Assembly: GCF_003334355.1 (NCBI RefSeq)
Contig: NZ_QOWP01000091.1
Length of the DNA stretch: 1,274 nucleotides
Strand: one strand, 5' to 3'
Source of the DNA: Escherichia coli
GTDB lineage: Bacteria > Pseudomonadota > Gammaproteobacteria > Enterobacterales > Enterobacteriaceae
Both the position numbers and the translations under genes were made by a program. Shown here one piece after another: positions 1 through 1,274 of the stretch. Under the pieces are notes generated by a model. The model did not search any database. It saw nothing but the letters and a program-made list of their open reading frames with translations, and was not told the DNA's origin. How positions within the stretch are numbered: position 1 is the stretch's first letter; the number at the start of each line of letters is the position of its first letter.

Positions 1-3
1 TCC

Positions 4-26
4 CATAAGCGCTAACTTAAGGGTTG
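4..26. repeat. Left terminal inverted repeat (IRL) of IS186, about 23 bp
   Basis: The sequence is cataagcgctaacttaagggttg. It is recognised from knowledge of IS186 ends and contains two small internal palindromes, agcgct (9-14) and cttaag (16-21). The partner IRR is not in the window, so I cannot confirm the exact outer boundary by IR alignment. The boundary could be base 4 or one of the preceding C residues. Confidence 0.75.
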
Positions 27-38
27 TGGTATTACGCC

Positions 39-47
39 TGATATGAT
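39..47 (+). promoter_or_regulatory. Candidate extended -10 element (TGaTATGAT) for the transposase promoter
   Basis: tgatatgat at 39-47 fits the extended -10 pattern TGnTATAAT with one mismatch. No convincing -35 lies at a 17-bp spacing (19-24 aagggt), which an extended -10 promoter can tolerate. Its position just inside IRL and about 12 bp upstream of the ATG is plausible for an IS transposase promoter. This is a sequence-only prediction, and I do not recall an experimentally mapped start site. Confidence 0.3.
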
Positions 48-58
48 TTAACGTGCCG

Positions 59-1171
59 ATGAATTACTCTCACGATAACTGGTCAGCAATTCTGGCCCAT
101 ATTGGTAAGCCCGAAGAACTGGATACTTCGGCACGTAATGCCGGGGCTCTAACCCGCCGCCGCGAAATTCGTGATGCTGCAACTCTGCTACGTCTGGGGC
201 TGGCTTACGGCCCCGGGGGGATGTCATTACGTGAAGTCACTGCATGGGCTCAGCTCCATGACGTTGCAACATTATCTGACGTGGCTCTCCTGAAGCGGCT
301 GCGGAATGCCGCCGACTGGTTTGGCATACTTGCCGCACAAACACTTGCTGTACGCGCCGCAGTTACGGGTTGTACAAGCGGAAAGAGATTGCGTCTTGTC
401 GATGGAACAGCAATCAGTGCGCCCGGGGGCGGCAGCGCTGAATGGCGACTACATATGGGATATGATCCTCATACCTGTCAGTTCACTGATTTTGAGCTAA
501 CCGACAGCAGAGACGCTGAACGGCTGGACCGATTTGCGCAAACGGCAGACGAGATACGCATTGCTGACCGGGGATTCGGTTCGCGTCCCGAATGTATCCG
601 CTCACTTGCTTTTGGAGAAGCTGATTATATCGTCCGGGTTCACTGGCGAGGATTGCGCTGGTTAACTGCAGAAGGAATGCGCTTTGACATGATGGGTTTT
701 CTGCGCGGGCTGGATTGCGGTAAGAACGGTGAAACCACTGTAATGATAGGCAATTCAGGTAATAAAAAAGCCGGAGCTCCCTTTCCGGCACGTCTCATTG
801 CCGTATCACTTCCTCCCGAAAAAGCATTAATCAGTAAAACCCGACTGCTCAGCGAGAATCGTCGAAAAGGACGAGTAGTTCAGGCGGAAACGCTGGAAGC
901 AGCGGGCCATTTGCTATTGCTAACATCATTACCGGAAGATGAATATTCAGCAGAGCAAGTGGCTGATTGTTACCGTCTGCGATGGCAAATTGAACTGGCT
1001 TTTAAGCGGCTCAAAAGTTTGCTGCACCTGGATGCTTTGCGTGCAAAGGAACCTGAACTCGCGAAAGCGTGGATATTTGCTAATCTACTCGCCGCATTTT
1101 TAATTGACGACATAATCCAGCCATCGCTGGATTTCCCCCCCAGAAGTGCCGGATCCGAAAAGAAGAACTAA
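59..1171 (+). CDS. insL: IS186 transposase InsL (IS4-family DDE transposase), 370 aa, complete
   Basis: The frame is uninterrupted from 53 to the TAA at 1169-1171. I place the start at ATG 59 (MNYSHDNWSAILAHIGKPEEL...), which gives the 370-aa product I recognise as InsL. The GTG at 53 on the ORF track would add only 2 residues (MP). Catalytic motifs read directly from the translation are D115 in LRLVDGTAIS (gat 401-403), D170 in IRIADRGFGS (gac 566-568), and the IS4 Y-x2-R-x3-E-x6-K signature YRLRWQIELAFKRLK (971-1015) with E312 at gaa 992-994. The long D-to-E spacing of 142 aa is typical of the IS4 family. A plausible N-terminal helix-turn-helix lies around SLREVTAWAQLHDVATLSDVALLKRL (about 224-304). 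Confidence 0.93.
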   Translation: MNYSHDNWSAILAHIGKPEELDTSARNAGALTRRREIRDAATLLRLGLAYGPGGMSLREVTAWAQLHDVATLSDVALLKRLRNAADWFGILAAQTLAVRAAVTGCTSGKRLRLVDGTAISAPGGGSAEWRLHMGYDPHTCQFTDFELTDSRDAERLDRFAQTADEIRIADRGFGSRPECIRSLAFGEADYIVRVHWRGLRWLTAEGMRFDMMGFLRGLDCGKNGETTVMIGNSGNKKAGAPFPARLIAVSLPPEKALISKTRLLSENRRKGRVVQAETLEAAGHLLLLTSLPEDEYSAEQVADCYRLRWQIELAFKRLKSLLHLDALRAKEPELAKAWIFANLLAAFLIDDIIQPSLDFPPRSAGSEKKN

Positions 1172-1274
1172 CTCGTTGTGGAGAATAACAAAAATGGTCA
1201 TCTGGAGCTTACAGGTGGCCATTCGTGGGACAGTATCCCTGACAGCCTACAAAACGCAATTGAAGAACGCGAGG

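Larger units (their letters stand above)
4..1274 (+). mobile_element. IS186 (IS4 family) insertion sequence, partial. The left terminus is present; the right terminus lies beyond the window end.
   Basis: Bases 4-26 match the IS186 terminal inverted repeat as I recall it (CATAAGCGCTAACTTAAGGGTTG). A single IS4-type DDE transposase ORF follows about 30 bp later, and I recognise its translation as InsL essentially end to end. IS186 is about 1.34 kb, so the element should end near coordinate 1340. That is outside this 1274-bp window, so no right IR or second target duplication can be seen. Confidence 0.9.

Noticed and set aside
43-51. Mini-ORF atg att taa just upstream of the transposase start
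   Set aside because: It is two codons long, has no RBS and overlaps the candidate -10 element. There is no basis for a function.
53-58. GTG at 53 as the transposase start codon (the 372-aa version on the ORF track)
   Set aside because: It is in frame and cannot be formally excluded. However, it has no better ribosome-binding context than ATG 59, and the recognised InsL product begins MNYSHDNW at the ATG. I therefore annotated 59 as the start.
211-220. GC palindrome ccccgggggg, and a related gcccgggggc at 421-430, considered as IS186 target-like sites, hairpins or regulatory elements
   Set aside because: Both lie inside the CDS and simply encode Gly/Pro-rich loops (GPGG and APGGG). The C-run-then-G-run orientation is the reverse of the G-run/spacer/C-run IS186 target. 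There is no spacer and no flanking T-tract, so they are neither target sites nor terminators.
306-500. 64-aa + strand ORF overlapping insL in another frame
   Set aside because: It lies entirely within the transposase CDS in a different frame. It has no recognisable motif and a low-complexity, unremarkable translation with no RBS evidence. It is best explained as a chance overlapping ORF.
483-791. 102-aa antisense ORF inside insL
   Set aside because: This is a shadow ORF on the strand opposite a long, well-supported CDS. The translation is rich in Cys, Arg, Gln and Leu with no recognisable domain. Early descriptions of IS186 noted ORFs on both strands, but only the long + strand transposase is accepted. 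Nothing in the sequence, such as a promoter or RBS, argues otherwise.
1193-1223. Weak inverted repeat aatgg...ccatt downstream of the insL stop, considered as a rho-independent terminator
   Set aside because: The stem is only 5 bp and AT-rich, the loop is about 21 nt, and no U-tract follows. It does not meet reasonable terminator criteria.
1-1274. The possibility that the window encodes a novel or undescribed system (defence, toxin-antitoxin, retron, etc.)
   Set aside because: The window is accounted for by 3 bp of flank plus a single canonical IS186 copy, made of IRL, the insL transposase and the untranslated right arm. There are no extra genes, structured-RNA signatures, repeat arrays or cargo. 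Calling it novel would be unsupported.

Overview
This window is almost entirely one well-known mobile element: the left end and about 95% of an IS186-type (IS4 family) insertion sequence, typical of Escherichia coli and Shigella. Bases 1-3 are flanking DNA. The element appears to start at base 4 with the IS186 terminal inverted repeat (cataagcgctaacttaagggttg). One long + strand ORF (59..1171, 370 aa from the ATG) encodes the InsL DDE transposase. It carries a complete IS4-family catalytic signature: D in LVDGT, D in IADRGF, and E in a Y-x2-R-x3-E-x6-K block. The window ends at 1274, inside the element's untranslated right arm. IS186 is about 1.34 kb, so the right inverted repeat and the distal target duplication should lie about 65-70 bp past the window edge. 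I see no RNA gene, CRISPR array, cargo gene or other structure that the IS does not explain, and I do not think this window holds a novel system. The findings are minor: near-leaderless start-site architecture, a boundary and target-site question, a small ORF open at the window edge, and one possible amino-acid difference from my recollection of the K-12 protein.
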